Shown one piece after another: positions 13,226-28,040 of a stretch of 64,000 nucleotides of DNA. The stretch comes from Eledone cirrhosa. Lineage: Eukaryota. Positions within the stretch are counted from its first letter, which is position 1. Each line of letters opens with the position of its first letter. A program made the position numbers and the translations under genes. Location of the stretch: positions 290,098,001-290,162,000 of the forward strand of contig OZ024743.1 in NCBI GenBank assembly GCA_964016885.1, in the 5' to 3' direction. Under the pieces are notes generated by a model. It had not been told where the DNA came from. It did no database searches and saw only the letters and a list, made by a program, of their open reading frames with translations.

Positions 13226-14083
13226 TCTCTCTCTATATAAAATTTGTTGTCTCCCTGTCTTTTTCTCTGTCTGTCTGTTCCTATGCATATCTCACGGCTG
13301 GACCAAATCAAATCTAATAGTATTAGACCCAGGAAGTGTCAACATGTAATTTTTATTTTCATTTGGATTGATAGTAAACCACGACGACGAAGATGACGAC
13401 TCACATTTTATATATGAGTGTGTATGTGTCTGTGAGTGTGAGTGTGTTTATGCGTTCGTTATTTAAGTTAGGGCTCAGAGAATTAAACATACTCATACAT
13501 CTCCACATACATACACATAATGTGTATAAATGTAATTGAGAGTGTAGACGTCACATTTTGTATGTGTATGTGTATGTCTTATTATATGCATGTGAATGTA
13601 TGTTAGAGTGTATATGCGTGTGAGTGTATATGAGTGTGTATGTGTGTGACAGTGTATATGTGTTGACTGACATAACAATATTTTCTTTAGTCAGTTATAG
13701 TAAACGACCACCACCACGATGACAACGCACACACATCTACACATAGAGACACATATATGATGAGAGACAGGTGTGCGTGAATGTATGTCTGTATATGTCT
13801 GTGAATATGTGTGTGTTTGTGCGTTCATTAGTTACGTTAATAAATAGACACACATAGATCTACACATACATGAATTATACAATGAATATTGTTTACCCTA
13901 AGTTGCTTCAAGATTGTCAGATTTTCATTTCTAAATTCTATTATCATTACAATTTTAATATTTAAAAAAATAAATATAGATATTTTCAAATAATTATGAG
14001 AAAAAAAACATAGCTTCATATTTATTGTTTACCTAATCTGAATAAGAACAGCATTACCTCGGCAACGCCGGGTAATTCAGTTA

Positions 14084-14084
<1 letters not shown>
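13226..14084 (+). mobile_element. Non-autonomous Helitron (decayed)
   Basis: 5' TC...tatataaaa start; 3' cctcggcaacgccgggtaattcagttaa is a degenerate hairpin-CTAG end. Confidence 0.55.
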
Positions 14085-14120
<36 letters not shown>

Positions 14121-14124
<4 letters not shown>

Positions 14125-14709
14125 ATATGAAAACAAGCGTGCTGCCTGGTTGCAGATGGGTTACAAATGAATAAATTTAGTGCTTCATCAGTGATCCTCC
14201 AACCTTCTTTGGTATTTCATCGCTTTAAAGACCATATATCTCCGCTTGGTACGAGCAACGGCTAAAGAAAGTCGCTGGGACACGTAATTAAGGACAAGGA
14301 GCGAGACTGTAAACAATCAAAGATGGTAATGCAACGAAAAGTGAGGAAGAAGGAGTCAAGTCCATGAAATCGATGAATATAAGTTCTGTGAAATCGTGGA
14401 CGATAGAGAATAAAGACCATCACACCTGGTTGAAATGTGAGCAAGGAAAGAATTTCGCACAGGTGAAACGGGAGGAAGAAGGAGACGAGAGAGAATAAAG
14501 AACAACCGGCCTGGTCAAAGTGTGCATGAGGAAAGAATTTCGCCCAGCTGAAACAGGAGGAAGTAGAAGAGGAAGTAGCAGAGAGTGAGTGAGTGAAAGG
14601 TGAGGAAGAGTCTAACAGAGAGAGTGACTGTTGGAGGGGTAAAGGGAAGTGAGACATACAGATAAAGGAGGAAGCAGTAAGAAAGAAACAGACGGGTCAC
14701 AGCGGAGGA

Positions 14710-14710
<1 letters not shown>
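14121..14710 (-). mobile_element. Non-coding element, family delta (one monomer) with permuted hammerhead at 14182-14240
   Basis: Co-linear with 26095-26810; shares ccgctgtgaccc and the 3' junction with 52888-53480; (TA)n on both sides. Confidence 0.8.
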
Positions 14711-14749
<39 letters not shown>

Positions 14750-14759
14750 TTATATTGTT

Positions 14760-15065
14760 GTTGTCGGGTTGCAGTTAAATGCGTCCGTAGGCGCTATGCC
14801 GGTTGAGCACTGCATGCTCGCAGAGAGCAGAGTATAATATTATCAAGAACGAGGAATTAGTATTGCATCAAAACACAATTTATTAACACATTACGTATGT
14901 TTCTCCGTCGATCAGCTCGAGGCAGGATCTGTTATAGATCGAACCCTACTCTGCATTCGAAGGGTCTTCAGATCTGTAACAGATCCTACCTCGAGCTGAT
15001 CGACGGAGAAACATATGTAATATGTTAATCAATGTTGATTTGATGCAATATTGTTTCCTCGTTCT
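14760..15065 (-). mobile_element. Fold-back pLTR fragment (hairpin 14846-15065) with conserved tail
   Basis: ~95-bp inverted arms; GAAA-catacg-TA...AATAAA...atactctgct tail shared with 11835-11895 and 25993-26066. Confidence 0.65.
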
Positions 15066-15780
<715 letters not shown>

Positions 15781-15939
15781 TTTAGGTTTGTTGGTTCACC
15801 ACGGGATAGAACTGGTCATTCCGTAGTCAACCTTGATGTAATATTACGAGAGCACTCGGCGTAATGTGTAATAAACATAAAGTAAAATAAACCTTTAAAG
15901 AATTACACCAGTCCAGCCTCCTGTTATTTTATAATATAT

Positions 15940-16010
15940 CGACAATCGGCTTTCGTCAAATCGAACCAAGGAAACAATGTGTCCATTGGTCTTTCCAATT
16001 GCTAATACTA
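15940..16010 (+). mobile_element. Helitron-type 3' end (second family); also at 43370-43435 and 60245-60300 on the minus strand
   Basis: Consensus of three copies: hairpin gaccgaggaaac/gtttccatcggtc followed by tttccagttgCTAG. Confidence 0.5.
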
Positions 16011-16019
16011 TCTATAATA

Positions 16020-16960
<941 letters not shown>

Positions 16961-17406
16961 GTTGTGAGTATGTAAATATATTTTATTCTTTCCATCCTAC
17001 TAAAACACTCTGGCCACCTGTGGCTTGTATGTTAACTTGACCACTCACCCCAGTCTGTGCCATGATTCGGTCTTGTTAAATGTTTAATGTCTATTACCAA
17101 CCCACCTAAAAAATTTCCCTACTATATATCTGTTGAATTATTATTCTTGGGGTTTTTATTTATTTATTTTTTATTTATTTCTTTATTTATTTTATTTATT
17201 TATTCATTTATCTATTTATTTATTCATTTATTTATTTATTTACTTATTTATTTATTTCAAAAAAGCACTCTGGCTAATTGACCACTCCCCATAGAAAAAA
17301 CGGCCTGTGCCATGTAGTGGTCCTGTGTATCTAAATACCCCCCCCATCCACCACCCTCCCTTGCCACTACCTAAATGTATAAATACCAGAACTTAATATG
17401 ACACCC

Positions 17407-17457
17407 AGCTTCCTGAAGATTTCATCTGAATGAAACAGTACTAGTCCTGTAGAAGCT
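17407..17457 (+). ncRNA. Intact type I hammerhead, family gamma
   Basis: agcttc-CTGAAGA-t ttc atct gaa t-GAAA-cag tactagtc ctg-TA-gaagct; AATAAA and (TA)n follow. Confidence 0.8.
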
Positions 17458-17500
17458 CCTTCTATAAAATAAAAAAAAAAAATATATATATATATATATA

Positions 17501-20081
17501 TAGGAAGAAGTATGACCCCGACGGCAGAGCACAAGCCGTTTCGACGGATAATTCTCGTCTAAATAACAATTTTTAGCCTGGTAAATAAATAGCCAAACAT
17601 CTCAGGAAGATAGTCATTGACAAAAGGATTGGTCAAAAATTTGTTGTAAAGACATGATTCTATCACGGCATTTAGTGGAAGGTAGGGTAGCTGAACTTGC
17701 CGGTAGAACAAAGAGGGAGTGGGGGAAAACAGTCAAGCTTTGAAAGTGAAATCTATACAGCAGATTCTAAGGATAGTGTATAGAAGGTCGAAAAAAGTGT
17801 ACTGGAGAATAGGGTTGGTGAAAAAAGGTAAATCGAAAAGGAGTAAACAAAAAAGCCATTATAAAAATGAGGAAATAAATATATAAAAAAACAATTTTTG
17901 GCTACTACTCCATCCCCACAATCACCAAATCTCCCATTGATATGGCTCATCTATAGAAAAGTTTAATAGGTGGAGAAAAATGCTAAATACCCGATTGTAG
18001 TGAAAGAATTTTATAAAGCCATCTTTACAGTGGGTCTAACACCACTGCTATAGTTAGCAGTAATCAGCCAATGCTATCTTATAATGACAGGTTAATAAGT
18101 TGAGGACGAACATACTAAAAAACTAATACGAAATATTAATTCAGAATACTAATACATACATACTAATAAAAGAATAATAATGCAAAAATACCACTAAGAA
18201 TTTTAGAAATCACGGAAATGGAGCAGCAACCAGAAAGAAAGCAATTATCTGGGGCCTAACACGTCTGCTATGAAAAGGGTAATCGGCCAATTCTATCTTA
18301 AAATTAGGGTAGGGGGTGCTGAGGCTACAGAGGACCGATGGGCTGCATCGGAGTGGGCGCGAGGTGAAAAAAAAACGACAAGGAAGGAGATATGCGGTGG
18401 AAGGACAAGGCAGAGCTGGGGGGAAGAAGGAAATATAGAGGAAAAGATAATAAAAATTAAAAAGTTACGTCTACCTTTGTAGGCAAGGGTTACCCCTTAC
18501 AAAGTCGGCAAGTGGGGTGTTTCAGCCCTTGTCTACCCCCCCCCCCCCGGGTTATTATGGGGTTTCAGGGCGAAGTATGTCCTCCGCAATCTATGTTTGC
18601 ATGCAGTTACCAGTTCGTCTTCCTTGTTTAGGAGTTGGTCCTTCGAAAACAGCATTTGTAATGTTTCCTCCTAGCATAAGTTACACGGACGGCGTCTTCT
18701 CGTGTAAGAGTTAGCTCTGGACAGTAAGCTCCAAGTGAGATTGTAGGTTATATTATTATTTTTGAGGTCCCACATGTGGCCCGAAAGTGTAGTGGCGTGA
18801 CGCCGGGCCGGGTTTCGGAAAGTATGTCTGTCTAGATAGAGCCGGGTCTTGAAGTCACAAGAGGTTAATCCTATATAAGCTTTGTTGGAGGTGTCCGTCC
18901 TCACGTTGCACTGGTAGATCACATTACGATCTCGGCATCTGTTGTTGAGGGGGAAAAGGGGTCTATCAGCACAGTTACAACTCCTGGTCGACTCTCTACT
19001 GCTGTCTAGGTTATTTCTTCCATAGGGGTGGTGTTTTTTGTTGTTAGAGGAGACGATCTTTTGTGCAAAGTTAGGTGTGGTGCTGTAGGAGAGTTTGATG
19101 TTGATTTTGTTGATTATGTTGTGGTAGCGGTCTTGTAGTGGGAAGTGTTTTTCGATGAGCCTACAGAAGATTTTCCCTATAGGTGTTGTCACCTCGGCAT
19201 TGTGAGGGTGGATTGAACCATGTTACGGTGTGTGAGCGGCGGTGTCGTGCTAGTTCCGCTAATGGAAGCTGGATAGTACGATATTTCCTCCCGGAAGCCA
19301 CTCCGCTTGAGGGCCTGGTTGTAATAAGGCGCACATTCATCGAATATTTGCTCATTAGTGGTATTTTTGCATTAGTATTCTTGTATTAGTATTTATGTAT
19401 TAGCATTCTGAACTAAACTACTAACTATAGCAGTGGTGTTAGACCCCCTGTAAAGATGGCTTTATAAAATTATTTCACTACAATCCCGTATTTAGCATTT
19501 TCCCCCACCTATTAAACTGTTCTATAGCTTAGCAATACCAATGAGAGATTTGGTGATTGTGGAGATGGAGTAGTAACCAGAAATTATTTTTTTATATATT
19601 TATTTCCTCATTTTTATAATGGCTTTTCTGCTTACTCGCTTTCGATTTACCTAATTTTTCAAGTCTCTCTCCTCCAGTACACTTCTTTCGACCTTCTATA
19701 CACTATCCTTAGAATCTGCTGTATAGATTTCACTTTCAACGCTTGGTTGGGTTTCCCCCACTCGCTCTTTGTTCTACCGGCAACTTCAGCTACCCCTACC
19801 TTCCACCAAATTCCATGATAGAATCATCTGTCTTTACAACAAATTTTTGACCAATCCTTTTGTCAATTACTATCTTCCCGTATATGGAATTACCCCCTGA
19901 GAAGTTCGGCTATTTATTTACCAGGCTAAAAATTCTTATTTAGTCCAGAATTAGCCGTCGAAAAGGCTTGAGCTCTGCCCTCAGGGTCATACTTGTTCCT
20001 ATTAATCACTATACTACTCCTCTAAGTATTGAGTACTTTGGTGCGTTATGGTCCATCTGGATCCTTAACACATTTCCCTCG

Positions 20082-20083
<2 letters not shown>
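17501..20083 (-). mobile_element. Penelope-like element remnant flanked by ~650-bp inverted pLTRs
   Basis: VTWFNPP...INKINIKLSYSTTPN...VIYQC...AYIGLTSCDFKTRL (GIY-YIG); inverted repeats ~17501-18195 / ~19355-20001, each ending in an HHR-like motif (GAAA-cggc/gccg-TC; core CTGAGA). Confidence 0.9.
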
Positions 20084-20117
<34 letters not shown>

Positions 20118-20710
20118 TTATAAGAATGTGAATGAAATATATTCATGCACACATAAGTGTGCACTGATATATATCAAAACTTAAAACTGTGTGTATGAAT
20201 ATATTTCATTCACTTTCTTATAATGATTAAGACTTGACTTTATTCTCTGAATTCTATCTTGAGCTGCTTTTAGAGACAAGACATTTCCATATATATCTTT
20301 CTATACAGATCACGTTATATAGGAAAAAAAGTGTTTGAAATGTGCACCTGGTAAATATAATATAAAACGCATCTTTATAAGCTGTACAAAAATTGATGTT
20401 AACAATAGATGTTTAACAAAGCAGGCAATTTAACGAAAAAAAAAACAATTTAACCTAATAATAAATGTTTTGATATTCCAATACGGAGAAAGCAGCATTT
20501 GCTAAACTTCAATTTTTAACATCACTTTTTGTATATATAAAGTTCCTTTATATATATATATACTAGGTACTTTTATCATTTTCCACACACACACACATAT
20601 ATATATATATATGTATATATATATATCCATACATATGTGTATATATCCATACATGTGTATATATATATTTGTATATATATATTTGTATATATATATCTAT
20701 ATATATATAT

Positions 20711-21134
20711 ATGCAAACACCGGGGAGCTAACGCCCTCTGGTGTCCAGCAGAAGCAAGGGAGACAACCGTCTATGCATTTCAGGCTTAACTGGCCTTCGT
20801 CAGGACGGTCCCTCCCACCGCTTGCGACTACTGGACTAGAAGACAGGCGAGAATATATACTTTTCTCGTCTGTGTAAATGAGGTGATTAATCTCATTTGT
20901 ATATGAAGCTGCACAATTTGGCTCAACTTATAATAAAAAAGAAATAGGATTTCGCTTCTAGCATAGCTTCATACAATATGTATAAATATCTCGTATTTCC
21001 AAGGAAACACGGTTTTAGGAAGCCGAAGCTATGCAAACACCGGGGGGTTGACGCTCTCTGGTGATGTCCAGCAGAAGGAAGGGGGACAACCGTCTATTCA
21101 TTTCAGGCTTAACTGGCCTTCGTCAAGACGGTCC

Positions 21135-21137
<3 letters not shown>
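20711..21137 (-). mobile_element. Retrozyme-like element, family epsilon: ~320-bp monomer bounded by two hammerheads, in (TA)n
   Basis: ~105-bp terminal direct repeat containing the HHR (20766-20809 and 21089-21132); no ORF. Confidence 0.85.
20766..20809 (-). ncRNA. Intact minimal hammerhead ribozyme
   Basis: accgtc-CTGACGA-aggc/gcct-GAAA-tgca-TA-gacggt; all stems perfect. Confidence 0.9.
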
Positions 21138-21166
<29 letters not shown>

Positions 21167-22759
21167 ATGTATGTGTGTGTATGTGTGTATGTGTGTGTGT
21201 CTTTAATAGGCTGTCTAGAATTGATCAATAATAATTTGACGTTTGTAAAATATGTTCACATTTCAATAAATCTAATTAGTGTTTTCATATCACTATAAAT
21301 TTACAATTCCGTCATTGAGAAAGACAGTCATTAACATGTGTGCAAGGAACACTTCTCATAAGTCTACGTAGGTATAACAGAGAATGTGGGGGAAATAACT
21401 CGCTCTCAGTTACACCCACACTATACATGCACATGCACATATAGACACTCATAATCACATACATATATGATAACAGATCATATGTAAATTATATGTAAAT
21501 TACTACGTCAATTTCACAATAATACTAAGGATGAATATATATATCTATACATCAAGTACATATTTTTTTCTGGTTGATTGTATGATATACACGTCTTTTG
21601 ATGGTGGTCCAATTATCTAAGAAAATCGATTAAAGATGGTTATCATTCTTTTCAATTTACAAGGAAATTCGTCTTTTCTGGAATGTTTACATATATTTAT
21701 ACGCTTGGTTCAGTCCCGCTTACACATTCAATATTTTTTATGCAATGTGGCGTCTAACAATTTAAATTTTTTTAATGAAATATATCAATCAAGATAGATA
21801 GTGTCGGAGGTTTTCAACAGAAAAGTAATAAAATGTCAACCATTAGGAATTGTATACAAAAAAATAATCATATCAAGATAATCATAACATATATCTTTGA
21901 AAATGTGTCGCTGATATAAAGGCATTAATAACAAATTTAAAGGAAACTGAGTTTGTAGGGGGCACGGAACTGTCGGTATGCGATTTCCACTGAGATAAAA
22001 CATGATTTCTTTCTTATATACATCTCATCGATTTCTTTATTAAATGCATATAGAATGGAGAGTGCACCAGCTATTTTTAAAGTCAAAGTAGGTAAATTAG
22101 TTGACATATATAAACAATTACTTCATTAAAATTTCTAAATCCACATTTTGCATTCTCTTTGATTGTGCAAATAGCTGATGTTGCAAGTATACGATCAATC
22201 TGTCCATACAACGTGATTCGAAGCTAACGCGTTGTTACTGCTAATTGTGTTAGCGTTGAAAAATTGGAAAAAAAAATATCAAAAACACAACACAGCGGTC
22301 CAACACGGCTTTTTAAACATTTTCACTTGGATAGGTGTATCGTACCGCACACCCTAAAATTTAGTCTTATACAGGCAAAGGTTTGACTGCTCGCCTCTAT
22401 TATCTGAAGGCTTTATGGAATAAAACCATTCGTAATATAGTCATGATCTACTGGACGCAACTATGACAGCCTGAGTCATTCCTTTGGGTCCAAGCGAATA
22501 TGACAAATCAACAATTAACGCCATGTTCAGAAACATTCCTTGATTTCTAGTTACCTTGAAATCGATTTGATATTTGTACTAATTCTGATTTTCCCGAGCG
22601 GTGGATACACTGCTGATATATAAATATACACACTCATACACACATATACACACAACACAACACAACACAACACACACACACACACACACACGCACACACA
22701 CACATACACAAATATATATATATATCTATATATATATATGTACACACGCACATTTACTT

Positions 22760-23100
22760 AAGGCTTCTATCGAAGATTAATAATAATGTTCGATTCGCTT
22801 CTAAACAAACGGCCCAATTTGAAAATATGCCATGCCGGTGACCGATCGTCACCTGTTTGTTCAACTCTGGCTTCGAGGAACAATCAGACATATTTCTGGG
22901 TCATTACAATTCATCAGTACTACATGCCTCTGCCAGTCTGCTGAACAGTTGAAAATATGTAGTATTTTCTTAAGTACAAATCGGCTGAGTAGCCTCATTT
23001 GCATAGCAAGCGAGTTACGATTGAGCTTGCCGCATATTAAAAATAAAATTAGAATTTTATTTCTTGCCCTAGCACAGCTGATACAGAAATGTACATATAA

Positions 23101-23168
<68 letters not shown>

Positions 23169-23670
23169 GCACACACATATATACATATACATATGTACGT
23201 ATGGGTTTATATAGGACATTAATAATTGTTTCTACTATTGGCACAAGGCCAGCAAATACCCAGTACATTACTGGTACTTTATTTTATCGACCCCGTAAGG
23301 ATGAAAGGCAAAGTTAACCTCAGCGGGATTTGAACTGAGTCCGTAAAGGGACGTAACTGTGCTGCAAAGCATGGCCTCCGACCCTCTACCGATACTGCCA
23401 ATTCAATGATGTTCGATTCGTTTGTAAACAAACGGCTTGATTTGAAGCTGTACCATGCCGTGAAAATACGATACATTTTCAAATATTCAACAGACTGGCA
23501 GAAGTATACTGTCCTGATGAACGGTAATGACCCAGGAAGAAGTTGATTGTTCTTTAAAGCCAGTGTTGAACAAACGGTGACGATCGCTCACCAGCACAGC
23601 TTCAAATCGGGCCGTTTGCTTACAAACGAATCGGACATTAGCATTAATGTTCGATATAACCCATATGTAC
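22760..23670. mobile_element. Diverged family-beta relatives (22760-23090 minus; 23405-23670 partly inverted)
   Basis: Shared blocks taaacaaac, tttgttcaac, ctgccag, ggctgagtagcc..atttgcat; decayed CTGATGA...GAAA. Confidence 0.6.
23221..23402 (-). mobile_element. tRNA-derived SINE, full-length copy
   Basis: Reverse complement of 8021-8203, including the A and B boxes. Confidence 0.85.
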
Positions 23671-23715
23671 ATACGTATATGCGTCTGTATGTATATATAT
23701 ATATATATATATATA

Positions 23716-24113
23716 TTCAGGTTTGAGGTTCACCACTTTATAGAGCTGGTCTATTCCGTATGGTCAATCGTAATGCAATAATATAGAGAGTACTCAACGT
23801 AAAGCAGTTCAACCGTCTTTGTTTTTGTAGTTGGTGGTGCTATTACGGAGTTAAATATTATAATGAAATGACAGGAGGCTGGATTTGTGTAAATCCTTGA
23901 AAGGTTTATTATTCTATGATCATTTCAATGACCGGGTTCCGTATGAATCCGGTGATATTATCAGGTATTCGAAATATAATACGTGAATGTAATAGATAAA
24001 ATCCATGGGGCTGAAAATCGAGGACCCGAGGGCGACCGCTATTCTGTTCCTTCAACCTCAGTCGGTCGCCCTGGAGTGGATTTACACAAATCCAGCCTCC
24101 TGTCATTTCATTA

Positions 24114-24120
<7 letters not shown>
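23716..24120 (-). mobile_element. pLTR-type element with decayed HHR and inverted 5' segment
   Basis: CTGATAA-accgg../..ccggt-GAAA-tgatca-TA then AATAAA (23905-23970); inverted repeat 23854-23897/24078-24120; tail homologous to 15780-15860. Confidence 0.6.
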
Positions 24121-24151
<31 letters not shown>

Positions 24152-24604
24152 TGCTCTTCAAACCTGTATTTATGTATGTATACATATGCGAACGGAATAG
24201 CATCTCATGTCCCATAGTCGGCATATCGTAAACGTTACCATATACAATATTATTAACTTCTGTCTCATGATTCCGTGGTTCTCTTACGTAATATTTGCCT
24301 AACAGTTCTGAAATATACATAAAAGACGGTATTTAATAAACACATGCATAGGAATTTAGAACTGCCTCTTGATGTTTACATGAATACATGTAATGTGGCC
24401 AATACCGATCCATGTGATACAAGTATTTCCATAGTTTGCTACAACTGAAGTGGAATGAATTAAACTATTTCATAGTTTGCCGGGTGCGGTGAAAACATTC
24501 AAAACTGATAACAATCTAACAATCTAACTATCTAACACACACACACACACATATATATATAAATATTTATATATATATGTATAATATTATATATATATAT
24601 AATA

Positions 24605-24643
<39 letters not shown>

Positions 24644-24759
24644 TATATGATGTTATATATATACATATATATATACTGTATATATATATATATCATATAT
24701 ATATATATATATAAAATTATATATATAATTATATATATATATATATGTAATTATATATA

Positions 24760-24817
<58 letters not shown>

Positions 24818-25635
24818 TATATATATATACATCAGTTTGCAGTCAGCCACTGAGGTGATTGAGGGCACCTGAACCAGTGTTAAAAGTTCGAGATGAACTC
24901 AAAAGAGAGAAATGTATCGAATTTATTATGGGAAAAGAAAGAAATGAAGTAAGCGAAACCAGAGGAATTAACCTAGAATTTTCTAATTTACGTGTTACGT
25001 AACGGAATATCAAGATATACTTTATATTTGCTATTTTTAATATATTTCGTTCCATATTCTGTCTGGTCTGTTGCAAATCACTGATTGATTCATTGATCGA
25101 AAGAAGATGAAAAGAAATCGATGAATTTCATCATGTTATCTAAAATGAATTGCACAATAATATACTCATTTAATGTTTAAAAAGAAACTAAAAAATCTGC
25201 TTCTATGACTTCAAAGATTTATATATATATATTATCTTAATTTTTAAAATATTTAATTTTTATTGGTTTAAATCATTTAAATATCTAATTCATATATGAT
25301 AGCATGCACTCTACTTTCTACACATGTTCATCTGTCTCTTCCTCTCAGTCAGTTATCCATAAATAGTTACATGCATAGTTACATATATACGTATATGTAT
25401 TTCACACACACAATTATACACACATATATAAACTCACACACTCACTCGAATGTGTGGGCACGCACGAAGATACCGCAAAATAGCTTAGAGAATAGCGTGA
25501 AAACCGTTAGAAAACAGATAATGACTTTGCCATGGGCCTTTGGAAATTTATTTTTACACTTTTTATGTTCTTCGCCCTATTTTATAAGATAATTTACAGT
25601 ATCTCCGCGCAAGAGCATATCTTTTTTACCTTAAC

Positions 25636-25713
<78 letters not shown>

Positions 25714-26094
25714 GACGCACAGACATGCGCGCGCACACAAACACACACAAATATATATATATATATATACGGAGATAGAGAGAGAGAGGGGGAAAGAAAT
25801 AGAGATATATAGGTATATATATGAGTGAGAGAATATGCTCCGAAATCATTAGACGTGTCCGTCGAACCTGCGGGTCCAGAATCAGACAGATCCACACAAT
25901 GATCGCGTTTCAAGCAGTCCGCCGGTGATACAATTGTAACACAGAATAAATAGAGTTCAGATGCATCACTGATTTTTCGTTTTCTATTCTATCATACTCT
26001 GCTCTGTAAGAGCAAAGTGAGCAAAACCGCCATACCGCCTATGGAAGCATCATAGCTACCATCAGACACACACACACACATATATATATATGTA

Positions 26095-26809
26095 TATGAA
26101 TAAAGTGGTCCTTCATCAGTGATCTTCCAACCATCATCGGTATTTCTTCGCTTTAAAGACCATATGCCTTCGGTTGGTGCGAACAGCAGCTAAAGAAAGT
26201 CGTTGGGACACGTAAATAAAGGGAACAGCGAGAGTGTAAACAAACAAAGATGGTGAAGCAACGAAAAGTGAGGAAGAACGAGTCAAGTCCCAAATTTCCA
26301 TGAATATAAGTTCGGTGAAATCGTGAACGACAGAGAATAAAGACCATCAAACCTGGTTGAAATGTGAGCAATGAAGGAATTCCGCACAGGTCAAACGGGA
26401 GGAAGAAGGAGTCTAGTCCGTGAATTCGGTGAACATAAGTTCTGTGAAATCGTAGACGAGAGTGAGAAAAAAGGCGAACCAGCCTGACCAAGCGTGCGAA
26501 AGTAAAGAATTACGCACAGGTCAAACGGGAAGAAGGAGGAGGAGGAGATGTAGTAACAGATAGTGAGTGAGTGAAGGGTGAGGAAGAGGCTAACAGAGAG
26601 AGTGACTGTTAGAGAGAGTAAAGATACAGAGAAAGAGGAAGCAGTAAGAACGAAATAGACGGGTCATAGCGGGGGAAAAATATGTGTAAATATTAGAATA
26701 AACGTGCTGCGTGGTTGCAGTTGGGTTACATATGAATAAAGTGGTCCTTCATCAGTGATCTTCCAACCCTCATCGGTATCACTTCGCTTTAAAGACCATA
26801 TACCTCCGG

Positions 26810-26810
<1 letters not shown>
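26095..26810 (-). mobile_element. Family delta element: 636-bp monomer + ~75-bp redundancy, two permuted hammerheads
   Basis: Direct repeat 26095-26170 / 26731-26808; homology to 14121-14710 in a shifted (circularly permuted) register; (TA)n flanks. Confidence 0.85.
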
Positions 26811-26864
<54 letters not shown>

Positions 26865-27884
26865 TATATATAGAGAGAGAGAGAGATTAAACAAGACAAG
26901 AGAGCGGTAGAAACACGTCTTAACTGGGCTACCACTGGCAGAAAAAGAGACAGTTTACTTTACTTTTCTGCCGGAAACTAAAGAAGCCTAAGGCTAGAAG
27001 ACAGCAGAAGGTGTAGAAAAAACGCTGGTAGTATTGTGGATGACGGGTGAGAGATTGATGTTGGCCTCTACGTAGCATGACCTATGAGAAATTTTGATAC
27101 ACGACTTGTTAGTTCAAAATCCTCAGTTGTTAACGAGCCCGATAAATCGGTTGCAGTTGGTGTGTTTGGTGTTTCGGATGACGTCCACAATGTCACAGGT
27201 AAAGAATGCAGTTCCTCGCGTATCGGAAGAACGATTCGGATGCTGCACATGGCGGTGAGAGTTTGTGTTAGAAAAATCAACAAGTCAATGGCTACAGACA
27301 TTACAATGTGACTAGAATAGAGATGACGAAATGGAATGGGGACAATATGAGAAGGAAACACAATATTATCAACGAGAAAATACATCGGAAAATAAATGCT
27401 CATAACATATCGGCTACTATAATGATTTCACGCATTATATAGAAACTACGTAATGTGACAGCTAGGGATTAACAACATATGTCTTCCCCATTGGCTGGTT
27501 ATATGGTCTGGTTTGATAGGCCGTGTCTGACAGTATGAACGATCCGCGTATGATTTCACACATTTAGAGGGTGAATATGATTTTTGATGTGAATTTTTGG
27601 TTAAAATTTGACGTTTTATTTAGGATATTTGGTGAAGGTGTGTGGACAAGTTGGAGAATTAACAGTGTTATTTACGGAAATATATATTTATATATATGAA
27701 TGTATGTATAGTATATTTGCCAATATACCGTAAGTTTAATTAAAAACATGTAGAAGACTATTCGCAATCAGTTTTAAAGTAGTGGCTATGTCACTTACTT
27801 ATTTTCGGCAAAGGTAGGGAGAGCGGCTGATGTCTGTTTCTCGCTGTTTGGCGTTTATAAAAACCACACGGTCCCATGCCTTAA

Positions 27885-27946
<62 letters not shown>

Positions 27947-27997
27947 GAAGACAGTGAGACAAAGGAAGAGAAGAGAGAGAATGAGAGAGGGAAAAAT

Positions 27998-28040
<43 letters not shown>

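Noticed and set aside
26153-26491. Similar ORFs in the two family delta copies (also 14262-14657)
   Set aside because: Different starts and ends, low-complexity F/L/S content from a pyrimidine-rich strand, and no counterpart in the 52888 subfamily; similarity simply reflects DNA homology.
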